DNA from: Myxococcota bacterium | GTDB lineage: Bacteria > Myxococcota_A > Polyangia > Polyangiales > Sandaracinaceae | Direction: 5' to 3' | Assembly: GCA_036149055.1 (NCBI GenBank) | Contig: JAYZQJ010000208.1 | Span: 1-36,390 of the forward strand | Length of the DNA stretch: 36,390 bases | Part shown: piece after piece, positions 10,065 to 19,477 of the stretch | Layout: every line of letters begins with the position of its first letter | How positions within the stretch are numbered: position 1 is the first letter of the stretch | Notes under the pieces: model-generated | Database searches by the model: none | Told to the model about the DNA's origin: nothing | Seen by the model: only the letters and a program-made list of their open reading frames with translations | Translations under genes and position numbers: made by a program

Positions 10065-11639
10065 ATGAACCGCCACGCCGAGCACTGGGTCTGGGCCGCC
10101 TCCGAGACGACACGCGAGCTGCGGGACTCGTTCGCCCGGCGTGGCCTGGCCCGCAACGTCGCCGCCGGGATCTCGACCGCGCTCGTCGCGCTGCCGCTCA
10201 ACATCGCCCTCGCGCTCGCCTGCGATCTGCCCGCCAGCGTGGGCCTCTGGACCGGGGCGCTCGCGGGGATCGTCGGCGCGGTGCTCGGCGGCGCGCGCCT
10301 CCAGATCACCGGGCCGGAGGTGGCGCTCGCCCCGATGTCGTACGCGATCGTCAGCGAGCACGGGCTCGACGGTCTGCTCTGGTGCACGCTCCTCGCGGGC
10401 CTGCTGCAAGTCGTCTTCGGCGCGGCCCGGCTCGGGCGCTACGTGCGCGCCATCCCCGCCCCGGTGATCCTGGGGTTCATGATCGCGGTGGGCCTGATGG
10501 TCCTCGACGGTCAGCTCCCCCGGCTGCTGGGCATGCCCGACGAGACGCGCAGCCTGTTCGACGCGATCACGCTCGGCCGCGCGACCCTCGATCCCACGCC
10601 CACCCTGCTCGGGCTCGCGGGCTGCGCGCTCGTGGTCGGCCTGCCGCGGCTGCACCCGCGCATCCCCGCGCCGCTCGTCGCGGTCGCCGTCGTGATGTTC
10701 CTGGTGTGGGCGCTCGCGCTGCGCGTGCCTCACGTGCCCGACGTCGACAGCGTGCACCCCGCGTTCGGGCTGCGCGCGCTCTCGACCGGGGAGCTCGTCG
10801 CGCTCCTGCCGAGCGCGCTCGGCCTCGCGCTCCTGGCGTCGCTGGACTCGCTGCTGAGCGCGGTGAGCCTCGACGCGCGCATGGGCACGCGGCACCGGAG
10901 CGACCAGGAGCTCGTGGCGCAGGGCGTGGCCAACGCGCTCGCGGGGCTCTGCGGCGGCATGCCGGTGGCGGGCGCCATCGTGCGCTCGGCGGCGGCGGCG
11001 GACGCGGGGGGCGACAACCGGGCCGCGCCGCTCGTGCAGTCCCTCGTCCTCGGGACGCTGCTGCTGGCGATGGGGCATCACCTCGACGCCATCCCGCTCA
11101 CCGTGCTCGCGGGCATCCTCTGCGTCGTCGGCGCGAAGCTCGTGCAGCCGGATCGCCTGCTGGCGCTCTTCCGGCGCTCGCGCGTCGACGCGGTCATCGC
11201 GCTCGTGACGACCGTCTCGATCCTCGCGATCGACTTCGTGGCCGGGGTCGCGGTCGGGGTGGCCGTCTCGCTCGGTCGCTTCGCGCTGGGCCAGGCGCGG
11301 CTGCGGGTCGCGGTCGATCGCTCGCGCGCGGACGCTCGGGTGGCCGTCGTGCGCGTCGACGGCCCGCTGGTGTTCGCCACCGTCGCGGGGCTCGAGGAGA
11401 CGCTCCTGGGCATCGAGCACCCACGGCTCGAGCTCGATCTGGCGGGGGTCTGCTCGGTGGACGTCACCGCCGTCGACGGCGTGCGGCGCGCCTTCGCCCA
11501 GCTCTCCGAGCGCGGGGTGGAGGTCGAGGTCGTGAACGCGCGCCCCGCGGTCGCCCGCCAGGTGAGCCCCCGGGGAGGCGTCGAGCCAGCGACCGAGACC
11601 GACGCGAGCGCGCGAGCGCGCGAGCTCGCCCGTGGATGA
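10065..11639 (+). CDS. SulP family anion transporter with C-terminal STAS domain
   Basis: AGISTALVALPLNIALA, LGGARLQITGP, ELVAQGVANALAGLCGGMP, GPLVFA..LDLAGVCSVD. Confidence 0.92.
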   Translation: MNRHAEHWVWAASETTRELRDSFARRGLARNVAAGISTALVALPLNIALALACDLPASVGLWTGALAGIVGAVLGGARLQITGPEVALAPMSYAIVSEHGLDGLLWCTLLAGLLQVVFGAARLGRYVRAIPAPVILGFMIAVGLMVLDGQLPRLLGMPDETRSLFDAITLGRATLDPTPTLLGLAGCALVVGLPRLHPRIPAPLVAVAVVMFLVWALALRVPHVPDVDSVHPAFGLRALSTGELVALLPSALGLALLASLDSLLSAVSLDARMGTRHRSDQELVAQGVANALAGLCGGMPVAGAIVRSAAAADAGGDNRAAPLVQSLVLGTLLLAMGHHLDAIPLTVLAGILCVVGAKLVQPDRLLALFRRSRVDAVIALVTTVSILAIDFVAGVAVGVAVSLGRFALGQARLRVAVDRSRADARVAVVRVDGPLVFATVAGLEETLLGIEHPRLELDLAGVCSVDVTAVDGVRRAFAQLSERGVEVEVVNARPAVARQVSPRGGVEPATETDASARARELARG

Positions 11640-11650
11640 GAGGGACGACG

Positions 11651-11887
11651 ATGAGTGAGAGCCACGAGCCCGAAGAGCTTCGAGTCCGCGTGTTCGGCGC
11701 CTGCGCCTGCCTCGGCGGCGTCGTGTGCCTCGAGCGGAGCATCAACGGTGACCTGGTGCTGTTCGCGCTCGGGGCCACGCTGGTCGGCGTCGGCTACTGC
11801 GCGGCCCGGTTCCCCCGGCTGTTCTGGACCCCGCGCGCCCCCCGCTCGGAGCGCGCGAGTGAGGAGGAGCGAGACGTGACGGTGTGA
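11651..11887 (+). CDS. Small membrane protein
   Basis: GAGAGGGA RBS then ATG; two hydrophobic segments; fills the gap between SulP and the next gene. Confidence 0.55.
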   Translation: MSESHEPEELRVRVFGACACLGGVVCLERSINGDLVLFALGATLVGVGYCAARFPRLFWTPRAPRSERASEEERDVTV

Positions 11888-11928
11888 GCGTCTGGTCCCT
11901 GCGGGGCCCGCGCGCTAAGCGGCGTCTC

Positions 11929-12711
11929 ATGCCCAGAACGATGTCCTCGAGAAGCATGGCGACGCTCGCGCTCGTGCTCCTGGCCTGGAGCGCGACGCCG
12001 GCGCAGGCGCAGGACCGCGAGGAGTTCCAGATCTGGGCCGCGAACCTCGGGACGGCCTCGCTCTCGCGCGAGGCGCCCTCGTTCGTGTTCTGGTGGGACG
12101 TGCACGCCCGGCGCGGGGACGGCGGCACCACCGTGCTCGTGCGGCCCGGGCTCGGCGTGGACATCACCCCCTGGCTCTCGGTGCACGGCGGCTACGCGTG
12201 GATCCCGGTCCACACCGACTCCACCGGCGCCAGCACGAACGAGCACCGGATCTGGGAGCAGGTCGTGCTGTCGCACGGCTTCGACTTCGGCCTCTCGCTG
12301 CAGTCCCGGACCCGCTTCGAGCAGCGCTTCAGCGACCAGGGCGGCGACGTGCAGCTGCGGTTCCGGCAGTTCGTGCGCGCCAACTGGCAGCCGAGCCCCG
12401 ACGTGCCGCTCGGGATCGCCTTCTGGGACGAGCTCTTCGTCGGCCTCACCGACACCGACTGGGGCCCGGTCGCCGGCATGGACCAGAACCGCGCGTTCCT
12501 GGGGCCCTTCCTGAAGATGGCGCCCTGGGCGCGGCTCGAGGCCGGCTACCTCTTCGTCTACCTCGACCGCGGGACCGCGGACACGTACGCGCACGTGCTG
12601 GCGGTCAACCTCTTCGTCTCGTGGTCGCCGCCCGCGCCGGTCACGCCCGAGGGAGACGGATCTTCGGCTTCTCCGGGTGCCTTCGGTACAGGAGCGCGAT
12701 CCGCCCGGTGA
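11929..12711 (+). CDS. DUF2490-like outer-membrane beta-barrel protein
   Basis: Signal peptide (AQA), EHRIWEQ, RTRFEQRF, RFRQFVR, DELF, DQNRAFLG, LEAGY; exact start uncertain (11929/11941/11956). Confidence 0.8.
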   Translation: MPRTMSSRSMATLALVLLAWSATPAQAQDREEFQIWAANLGTASLSREAPSFVFWWDVHARRGDGGTTVLVRPGLGVDITPWLSVHGGYAWIPVHTDSTGASTNEHRIWEQVVLSHGFDFGLSLQSRTRFEQRFSDQGGDVQLRFRQFVRANWQPSPDVPLGIAFWDELFVGLTDTDWGPVAGMDQNRAFLGPFLKMAPWARLEAGYLFVYLDRGTADTYAHVLAVNLFVSWSPPAPVTPEGDGSSASPGAFGTGARSAR

Positions 12712-12955
12712 TCCCGGCGAGCTGGGCCTTGGTGGCCTCGCCCAGCTTCTCCGCCATCGCGTCGCGCTCGTCCTTCTCGACCTGCGGCAGGCGCACCTTG
12801 ATCAGCTCGTGATCGGTGAGCGCCTGGTCGGTCGCGGAGACGACGCCGGGCGAGATGCCCTCCTTGCCGACCTGGACGACGGGCTGGAGCGGGTGGGCGA
12901 GCGCGCGGAGGTGACGCTTCTGGACGCCGGCGAGGGCGGGGGGCGATGCGGGCAT
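12641..12955 (-). CDS. yhbY: Ribosome assembly RNA-binding protein (CRM domain)
   Basis: QKRHLRALAHPLQPVVQVGKEGI..ALTDHELIKVR..GRIALLYR. Confidence 0.92.
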   Translation of the reverse strand: MPASPPALAGVQKRHLRALAHPLQPVVQVGKEGISPGVVSATDQALTDHELIKVRLPQVEKDERDAMAEKLGEATKAQLAGITGRIALLYRRHPEKPKIRLPRA

Positions 12956-13122
12956 GGCCGCGTCGTGTAGCGCTCCCGCGGGACGTCGGCCAGCCGCCCT
13001 TGCCTCCCACCGACGCCGAACCCAGGACGGGGGCGCCGCGGCGTTCGGGTGGGGAGCGCGGCAGCGGGGCCGTCGTGTAGCGCGCACCGTGGTGGTGCGC
13101 GCGTCGGCCCTTGGAGGATTTC

Positions 13123-13695
13123 ATGACCATGCTCGACAACCTGAAGCGCCTCGCGATCGCGATGGCCCTGTGCCTTCCCCTCGCCGCGTGCGGCGGCTCC
13201 GACGACTCGGGCGACATGTCCGCGGACACCGAGTCCACGGCCGGCGACGAGATGATGGAGGAGGACACCGAAGAGACGGCCTCGGCCGACATCGTCGACA
13301 CGGCGGTCGCGGCCGGACAGTTCGAGACGCTGGTGGCCGCCGTGCAGGCCGCCGGGCTCGTCGAGACGCTGAAGGGCCCCGGCCCGTACACCGTCTTCGC
13401 GCCCACCGACGAGGCGTTCGCCGCGCTCCCCGAGGGCACGGTGGAGTCGCTCCTCCAGCCGGAGAACCGCGACCAGCTCGTGGCCATCCTCACCTACCAC
13501 GTGGTCAGCGGTGACGTCCGCGCGGCCGACGTGATGAGCATGTCCGAGGCCACCACCGTGCAGGGCGCCACGCTCCCGATCGACGCCTCGAGCGGCAGCG
13601 TCCGGGTCGGCAGCGCGACGGTCGTCCAGGCCGACGTCGCGGCGTCCAACGGCGTGATCCACGTCATCGACGCCGTGCTCATGCCGCCGGAGTGA
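13123..13695 (+). CDS. Fasciclin (FAS1) domain lipoprotein
   Basis: GGAGG RBS, lipobox [32 protein letters not shown]. Confidence 0.93.
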   Translation: MTMLDNLKRLAIAMALCLPLAACGGSDDSGDMSADTESTAGDEMMEEDTEETASADIVDTAVAAGQFETLVAAVQAAGLVETLKGPGPYTVFAPTDEAFAALPEGTVESLLQPENRDQLVAILTYHVVSGDVRAADVMSMSEATTVQGATLPIDASSGSVRVGSATVVQADVAASNGVIHVIDAVLMPPE

Positions 13696-13742
13696 CGACC
13701 GCGATCTTGTGGCGGCGGGGCCGGTGAGAAACACTCCGGTCG

Positions 13743-15248
13743 GTGACCGACGGAGGATCCGCGAACACGATGCAGGCCATCGACGACCCCCTCCGGGGGA
13801 AGCTCGTCGATGGCCGCTATCGCATCGTGGAGCGGCTGGGCGAGGGGGGCATGGGCCTCGTGTACGAGGCGCGCCACGAGGTGCTCGGCACGCGGCTGGC
13901 GATGAAGGTGCTCCGGAGCGACGCGGCGAAGGACGCCGAGGCGCTCGAGCGGCTGAAGCGGGAGGCGATGAGCGCGTCGGCGATCGGCAGCCAGCACATC
14001 GTCGACGTGCGCGACTTCGGCCGGTTGCCCGACGGCTCGCCGTACGTCGTGATGGAGATGATCGACGGCGGCGACCTCTACCACGCCATCCGGAGGGGCC
14101 GCTTCGACTGGCCCCGCGCGAAGCACGTCGCGCGTCAGATCGCGGTCGGGCTCGGGGCCGCCCACGAGCAGGGCGTGGTGCACCGCGACCTGAAGCCCGA
14201 GAACATCCTGCTCACCACCCAGAACGGGCAGCCCGACTTCGTGAAGATCGTCGACTTCGGGATCGCCAAGATCGCGGGCACCGAGAAGATCACGCAGGCC
14301 GGTCGCGTGATGGGCACGCCCGAGTACATGGCGCCGGAGCAGTGCGCGGGGCACGCGGTCGATCACCGCGCGGACGTCTACGCGCTCGGCGTCCTGATCT
14401 TCGAGATGGTGAGCGGGCGGCTGCCCTTCCGCGACAAGGACATCATGTCCCTGCTGCGCAAGCAGATGCGGGATCGCCCGCCGGACGTGTCGTCGATGGC
14501 GCCCGACGCCGACCTGCCGGCGCGCCTCGACTGGCTGGTGCACCGCTGCCTCGCCAAGGACAAGTCGGAGCGCTTCCAGACGATGAAGGCGGTCGTCGAC
14601 GCGCTCGACGATCTGGAGAACGACGAGGCGCTCCTGGAGGCGGCGGAGCCCGGGGCTCACGCGCCGCTCCAGACGCCGCGGCAGGTGGACGCGCCGCCGC
14701 CGCGCCGGGCGCTCTACGCGCTCGCCGGGCTGTTCGCGGCGCTCGCGATGGTCGGCGGGGTGGGCTTCGGCCTCTGGATGCTGAAGGCGCCCGAGCCGGA
14801 GGAGGTCGCCGCGCTCGACCCGGAGCTGGCCGCGCCGCCGCCCGCGCCAGAGCCCGAGCCGCAGACTGAGACGGAGTCGGAGCCGGAGCCGGAGCCGGAG
14901 CCGGAGACGGGCACCGTCGGGGTCGAGGCGCCCCGCATCCTCACCCTGGAGTCGGACCCGCCCGGCGCGCGGGTCTACCGGGAGGGCGCGCTGATCGGAG
15001 AGACCCCCCTGCGCATCCTGCACCCGAGCGAAGGGGAGCGCGTGCCGCTGGTGCTGCGGGCGGACGGCTACCGCGACCTCGACGCCGTGCTGGCCGCGCA
15101 GACCGGAGACACCCTGCGCGTCGCCCTCGAGCCGGCCCCCCGCGTCCAGCGCGCGGATCGGCCCGAGCCGGAGACGCCGCCCTCGCCGCCCGCGACGAAG
15201 AACCGGCCCGATCGGGAGCGCCCGTTCTTCAATCCCTGGGATGAGTGA
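13743..15248 (+). CDS. Membrane Ser/Thr protein kinase with PEGA-like extracellular domain
   Basis: LGEGGMG, AMKVL, HRDLKPEN, DFG, GTPEYMAPE, TM helix, EP-rich linker, LESDPPGARVY; start may be ATG 13770. Confidence 0.93.
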   Translation: MTDGGSANTMQAIDDPLRGKLVDGRYRIVERLGEGGMGLVYEARHEVLGTRLAMKVLRSDAAKDAEALERLKREAMSASAIGSQHIVDVRDFGRLPDGSPYVVMEMIDGGDLYHAIRRGRFDWPRAKHVARQIAVGLGAAHEQGVVHRDLKPENILLTTQNGQPDFVKIVDFGIAKIAGTEKITQAGRVMGTPEYMAPEQCAGHAVDHRADVYALGVLIFEMVSGRLPFRDKDIMSLLRKQMRDRPPDVSSMAPDADLPARLDWLVHRCLAKDKSERFQTMKAVVDALDDLENDEALLEAAEPGAHAPLQTPRQVDAPPPRRALYALAGLFAALAMVGGVGFGLWMLKAPEPEEVAALDPELAAPPPAPEPEPQTETESEPEPEPEPETGTVGVEAPRILTLESDPPGARVYREGALIGETPLRILHPSEGERVPLVLRADGYRDLDAVLAAQTGDTLRVALEPAPRVQRADRPEPETPPSPPATKNRPDRERPFFNPWDE

Positions 15249-16242
15249 GCTCCAACGCATCCTCGCGGCCGCGATCGCCCGGCGCGCGGCGCTCTTCGAC
15301 GCGCTCGCCGCGGAGGGGACCGACTGCGTGCGGCTCCTGCACGGGGCGACCGAGGGCGCGCCCGGCCTCACCGTGGATCGCTACGGCTCGGTGCTCCTGA
15401 TCCAGACCGGGCGCGAGCGGCTCGAGGTCGCCCCGGAGGCGCTCGCCGAGGTCGTGCGCCGCGAGACCGGGTGGTCGCTGGATCCGGTCTGGAATCACCG
15501 CCCGGCGTTCCGGAGGGAGGGCTTCGACGCGCTCCACGCGGTGGACCTCGGCCCGCGGCGCGCCCGGGAGGGAGGCCTCGAGATCGCGGTCGATCCCCGG
15601 CACGGCGGGCTCGATCCGCTGCTCTTCCTCGACCTGCGCGCCGGCCGACGCGCCGTCCGGGCCCGCGCGGCCGGAGCCGAGGTGCTCAACCTCTTCGCCT
15701 ACACCTGCGGGGTGGGGCTGGCGGCGGCGGCGGGCGGGGCGCGGCGGGTGGACAACGTCGACTTCGCGCGGAGCGCGCTCACCGTCGGCGCGCAGAACGC
15801 GGCGCGGAACGGCCTCACCGGGCCCTGGCACCGCTTCGTGCACGAGGACTTCTTCCCGGTCGCCCGCCAGCTCGCCGGCCTCCCGGTCAAGGGCCGCCGG
15901 GCGCGGGCGCGCGCCTACCTGAAGCTCGCGCCCCGCCGCTTCGACGGGGTCGTGCTCGACCCTCCGCGCTGGGCCAAGACCCCGTTCGGCGCGGTCGACG
16001 TCGTGCGCGACTACCCCTCGCTGCTCAAGCCCGCGGTGCGCTGCGTGCGCGAGGGGGGCTTCGTGCTGGCGACGAACCACGTGCCCGCGGTGACGCTCGA
16101 GGACTTCCGCCAGGTGGTCCAGCGCACCTTCGAGAAGAACGAGCGCGAGGTCGCGTCGATCGAGGTGATCCCGCCCGACGACGACTTCCCGAGCCCCGAC
16201 GGGCGCCCGCCGCTCAAGATGCTGCTCGCGACGCTGCGTTGA
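15241..16242 (+). CDS. Class I SAM-dependent methyltransferase (RlmI/RlmK-like)
   Basis: GLTVDRYG, LFLDLR, VLNLFAYTCG, FDGVVLDPP. Confidence 0.85.
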   Translation: MSELQRILAAAIARRAALFDALAAEGTDCVRLLHGATEGAPGLTVDRYGSVLLIQTGRERLEVAPEALAEVVRRETGWSLDPVWNHRPAFRREGFDALHAVDLGPRRAREGGLEIAVDPRHGGLDPLLFLDLRAGRRAVRARAAGAEVLNLFAYTCGVGLAAAAGGARRVDNVDFARSALTVGAQNAARNGLTGPWHRFVHEDFFPVARQLAGLPVKGRRARARAYLKLAPRRFDGVVLDPPRWAKTPFGAVDVVRDYPSLLKPAVRCVREGGFVLATNHVPAVTLEDFRQVVQRTFEKNEREVASIEVIPPDDDFPSPDGRPPLKMLLATLR

Positions 16243-16274
16243 CCGGCGACCGGCGGGAGGCCTACCTTTTTCTC

Positions 16275-17195
16275 ATGGCTTGGCGTGTCTCTCCGGTGGC
16301 TCTCGCGGCGCTGCTCGCGCTGGGGTGCTCGACGATCATCAACCCCGACGACGGCCGCCTCGGCGGTGAGTCCAGCCTGGACTCGGGGCTCCGCGACGCC
16401 GGGACCGTGGAGCGGGACGCCGACGTGGACCCGCCCGACAGCGGCGTCGACTCCGGCCCGCCGGTCGAGTGCGGGGACACGCCGCGCTGCGAGGGCGACA
16501 ACCTCGTCTCGTGCATCGGCGGCATGGAGGTCCGGCAGGACTGCCGGGCGCGCGACGCCTACTGCGACTCCGGCGCGTGCGTGGACTGGGTCTGCGAGCC
16601 CGGGAGCCGCGCCTGCACCGACGACCTGACCGGCGTCGAGATCTGTGACGCCCGCGGCCGCATGACCGCGGTCACCCCGTGCACCGGCGGCGCCTGCGAC
16701 CCGGACACCGATCGATGCAGCGACGCGCCCTCGAGCTGCGAGGGCCTGCCCGAGCTCGAGGTGGGCGACACGGTCACCGTCGATCTCTGCGCCGAGTCCG
16801 ACGACGAGACCTTCCAGCCCATGGGCCCGAACTGCAGCTCCGACACCCCCGCGCGCACCGGCGACCGCGTCTTCGCGCTCCGGGTGGAGTCGACGCAGAA
16901 CCTCGTCATCCAGCTCCAGGACGACGACGCCCGCGCGGCGATCGACACCATCGTCTACGTGCGCTCGATCTGTGATCGCCCCGGCTCGCAGCTCGCGTGC
17001 GACGACGACGAGCCCTGCTCCGGGATCCCGTTCCCGGGCGCCTGCACCGACGGCGTCGCGCTCGGCCTCTCGCGCATCCGCGATCGCTTCGAGCCCGGCG
17101 TGTACTACGTCGTCGTCGACGCCTTCGAGTACACGCGCGGCGAGCGCCGCTACGGCTGCGGCGAGGTCGAGCTCACGGTGCGACGCGCCGGGTGA
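16275..17195 (+). CDS. Cys-rich myxobacterial-type lipoprotein
   Basis: Lipobox LALGC, Cys-rich repeats, DTIVYVRSIC..QLACDDD..PGVYYVVVDAF C-terminal domain. Confidence 0.75.
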   Translation: MAWRVSPVALAALLALGCSTIINPDDGRLGGESSLDSGLRDAGTVERDADVDPPDSGVDSGPPVECGDTPRCEGDNLVSCIGGMEVRQDCRARDAYCDSGACVDWVCEPGSRACTDDLTGVEICDARGRMTAVTPCTGGACDPDTDRCSDAPSSCEGLPELEVGDTVTVDLCAESDDETFQPMGPNCSSDTPARTGDRVFALRVESTQNLVIQLQDDDARAAIDTIVYVRSICDRPGSQLACDDDEPCSGIPFPGACTDGVALGLSRIRDRFEPGVYYVVVDAFEYTRGERRYGCGEVELTVRRAG

Positions 17196-17923
17196 ACCTC
17201 CTCCTGGTCGAGCCCGAGGAGGTCGACGCCCACGGCGAGGTGATCGTGCGTGGCCCGCGCGCGGCGCACCTCGTGAGCGTGCTGCGCGTCCGCGAGGGGC
17301 AGTCCGTCCGGGCCGGGGTGGTCGACGGCGCCATCGGGCACGCCGACGTCCGCTCGGTCGAGTCGGGGCGCGTGCGCCTCGCCCTCCGCCTCGGCGACGT
17401 GCCGCCGCGGCCGCCGATCGATCTCGTGCTCGCCGTGCCGCGGCCCAAGGTGCTCAAGCGGCTCTGGGCTCCGCTCGCGTCGCTCGGCGTGGGCCGGATC
17501 TGGCTCACCAACGCGGAGAAGGTGGAGCGCTTCTACTTCGACTCGCACGCCGTGCAGCCGGACACCTGGCGCCCGCGGCTCGTCGAGGGGCTCGCCCAGG
17601 CGAAGGACACCCGCCTTCCCGTGGTCGAGGTCCACAAGTCCCTCAAGATCCTCGTCGAGGATCACCTCGAGGCGGCCGACGCGCGCCGGATCCTCGCCGA
17701 CCCCGAGCTCGACCGTGGCGCCTACGAGACCCTCGCCGGCACCGCGCCGGGGCGCCGCGTGATCCTCGCGCTCGGGCCCGAGGGCGGCTGGACGCCGTAC
17801 GAGCGCGACCTGTTCCTGCGTCACGGCTTCGTCGGCGTCGGCCTCGGCCCGCGGATCCTCCGCCTCGACACCGCGGCGATCGCGCTCCTCGCGATGGCTC
17901 ACGAAGCCCTGGCGTCGCGGTAG
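17192..17923 (+). CDS. rsmE: 16S rRNA m3U1498 methyltransferase
   Basis: HLVSVLR, PRPKVL, LGPEGGW, LGPRILRLDTA (SPOUT); GTGA overlap. Confidence 0.9.
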   Translation: MNLLLVEPEEVDAHGEVIVRGPRAAHLVSVLRVREGQSVRAGVVDGAIGHADVRSVESGRVRLALRLGDVPPRPPIDLVLAVPRPKVLKRLWAPLASLGVGRIWLTNAEKVERFYFDSHAVQPDTWRPRLVEGLAQAKDTRLPVVEVHKSLKILVEDHLEAADARRILADPELDRGAYETLAGTAPGRRVILALGPEGGWTPYERDLFLRHGFVGVGLGPRILRLDTAAIALLAMAHEALASR

Positions 17924-18606
17924 CGGCGCATCAGCGCCTCCCGCGCGTCCTCGCCGAGCGGCTTCACCGCCTCCCGCATCGTGACGCCGGAGGCGCGGTG
18001 CGCGCGGGGCTCGAGCCACGCCTCCACCCGCTCGGGTCGCTTCTTGCCGGTCTCGCGGAGCACCCACCCGATCGCCTTGCGGATGAAGAACTCCTTCTCC
18101 TCGAGCATCGCGTCCGCGTACCTCCCGAAGCGCTCGAAGTCGCCGTCGCCGCGCCGCAGCGGGCGCAGGAGCGCGAGCATCGCCGCTCGTCGGATCCAGA
18201 AGTCGTCGTCCTCGGCCCAGCGATCGAGCGCGTCGCCGGCCCCGTGTCGCTCCACCACCCCGCCGACCAGCGCGATCGCGATCGGGTCGACCAGGGCCCA
18301 GGTCTTCGCCTCCCGCAGCCACCCCTCCAGGCGCGGCAGATCTTCGAGGGTGAGCGCGCGCCGATCGAGCAGCTCCACCGCGGTCGCGCGCAGCTCGTGC
18401 ACCGGCCGCGCCCAGAGCGCGTCGGCGAGCGCGCGGGCCTGCTCGAGCGAGCGCTCCTCGCCGTGGGCGCGGGCGACCTTTCGGATCTCCGGCACCGGCA
18501 CCCCGAGGTGCGCCAGCGCGCTCTTCAGGTAGGCCTTCTCCTTCTCGGCCCGTCCCGCCTTCGCCCTCGACCTGAGGTCGGCCTCGATCTCCGTCACCGC
18601 GTCCAT
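17899..18606 (-). CDS. DNA alkylation repair protein (AlkD-like HEAT-repeat glycosylase)
   Basis: GVPVPEIR, WALVD, DDFWIRRAA, EFFIRKAIGWVLRE. Confidence 0.88.
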   Translation of the reverse strand: MDAVTEIEADLRSRAKAGRAEKEKAYLKSALAHLGVPVPEIRKVARAHGEERSLEQARALADALWARPVHELRATAVELLDRRALTLEDLPRLEGWLREAKTWALVDPIAIALVGGVVERHGAGDALDRWAEDDDFWIRRAAMLALLRPLRRGDGDFERFGRYADAMLEEKEFFIRKAIGWVLRETGKKRPERVEAWLEPRAHRASGVTMREAVKPLGEDAREALMRRYRDARAS

Positions 18607-18680
18607 GGGCTGGGGATCGCAGACGCGCGCGGGCGGCGTCAACGCTGGACGCGCGGGCCTCCGGAGGTCACGGTTCGGGC

Positions 18681-19052
18681 GTGACCGAGGACGTCGATCC
18701 GCAGCTGGAGAAGGGCCGCCGCCTGGTGGTGGCGATCTCCGTGAGCCTCATCGGCTCGATCGTGCTCCTCGCGGCGCTCGGCATGTCCGAGCTCAACGCG
18801 GTGCCGATCCAGCTGGCCGTGACCGGGCTCCTGCTGTTCCAGATCTTCCGCGGGCGTGCCTGGGCGCGCTGGGTGCTCGTCGCCTTCACCGGGCTGGCGG
18901 CCGCCGGCACCCTCGGTCAGCTGGCCTCGGCCGGAGAGCTGCCGCCGGTCGCCATCGCGCTCGCCGTCGTCTACGCCGGCTGCGCGGCCGCGCTCGCGTT
19001 CAGCCCGGCGGTCGCCCGCTTCATGCAGGCTCGCCGCGACCAGGGCGCCTGA
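18681..19052 (+). CDS. Small integral membrane protein
   Basis: Four hydrophobic segments, GRAWARW, FSPAVARF. Confidence 0.7.
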   Translation: MTEDVDPQLEKGRRLVVAISVSLIGSIVLLAALGMSELNAVPIQLAVTGLLLFQIFRGRAWARWVLVAFTGLAAAGTLGQLASAGELPPVAIALAVVYAGCAAALAFSPAVARFMQARRDQGA

Positions 19053-19448
19053 TCACTTCTTCTTGGTCAGGTCGATCCCGAGGAGCTTCCAGGCGCGCGG
19101 ATCGTAGCCGTTGAGCGACTGGACCTCGCGCGCGACCTCGATCGCGTCCGGCGTCTTCGAGACCGGCGGCGCGAGCACCCCGTTCTTGCGGATGGAGGTG
19201 AGCGTCTCGCCGAGCGCGAGCAGCTCCGAGCCGTGGCTGACGATGTCGCTCGGCTGGAGCGGCTGCCCGCGCTTGCCCTGCTTGAGCTCCTTCAGCAGGC
19301 GACGGCGGCGCTTCTCGGTGCGCCCGTCGGTCACGCCGTGGGCCTTGCGCTCGAACAGCTGGTTGAGGGCGCGGGCGACGCGGCGCTTGGCGACCGCTTC
19401 CTTGCTTCCGCGACGATTCTCGGCCTTCTTCTTCCGGGGGCTCGCCAT
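19053..19448 (-). CDS. Basic hypothetical protein
   Basis: Lys/Arg-rich 131-aa ORF (DGRTEKRRRRLLKEL) filling the intergenic gap exactly. Confidence 0.7.
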   Translation of the reverse strand: MASPRKKKAENRRGSKEAVAKRRVARALNQLFERKAHGVTDGRTEKRRRRLLKELKQGKRGQPLQPSDIVSHGSELLALGETLTSIRKNGVLAPPVSKTPDAIEVAREVQSLNGYDPRAWKLLGIDLTKKK

Positions 19449-19477
19449 CGCGCTGACCCTTAGCTCATGCTCCCCAG

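Noticed and set aside
14880..14906. (GAGCCG)n tandem repeat
   Set aside because: Encodes an ordinary EPEPEP linker in the kinase
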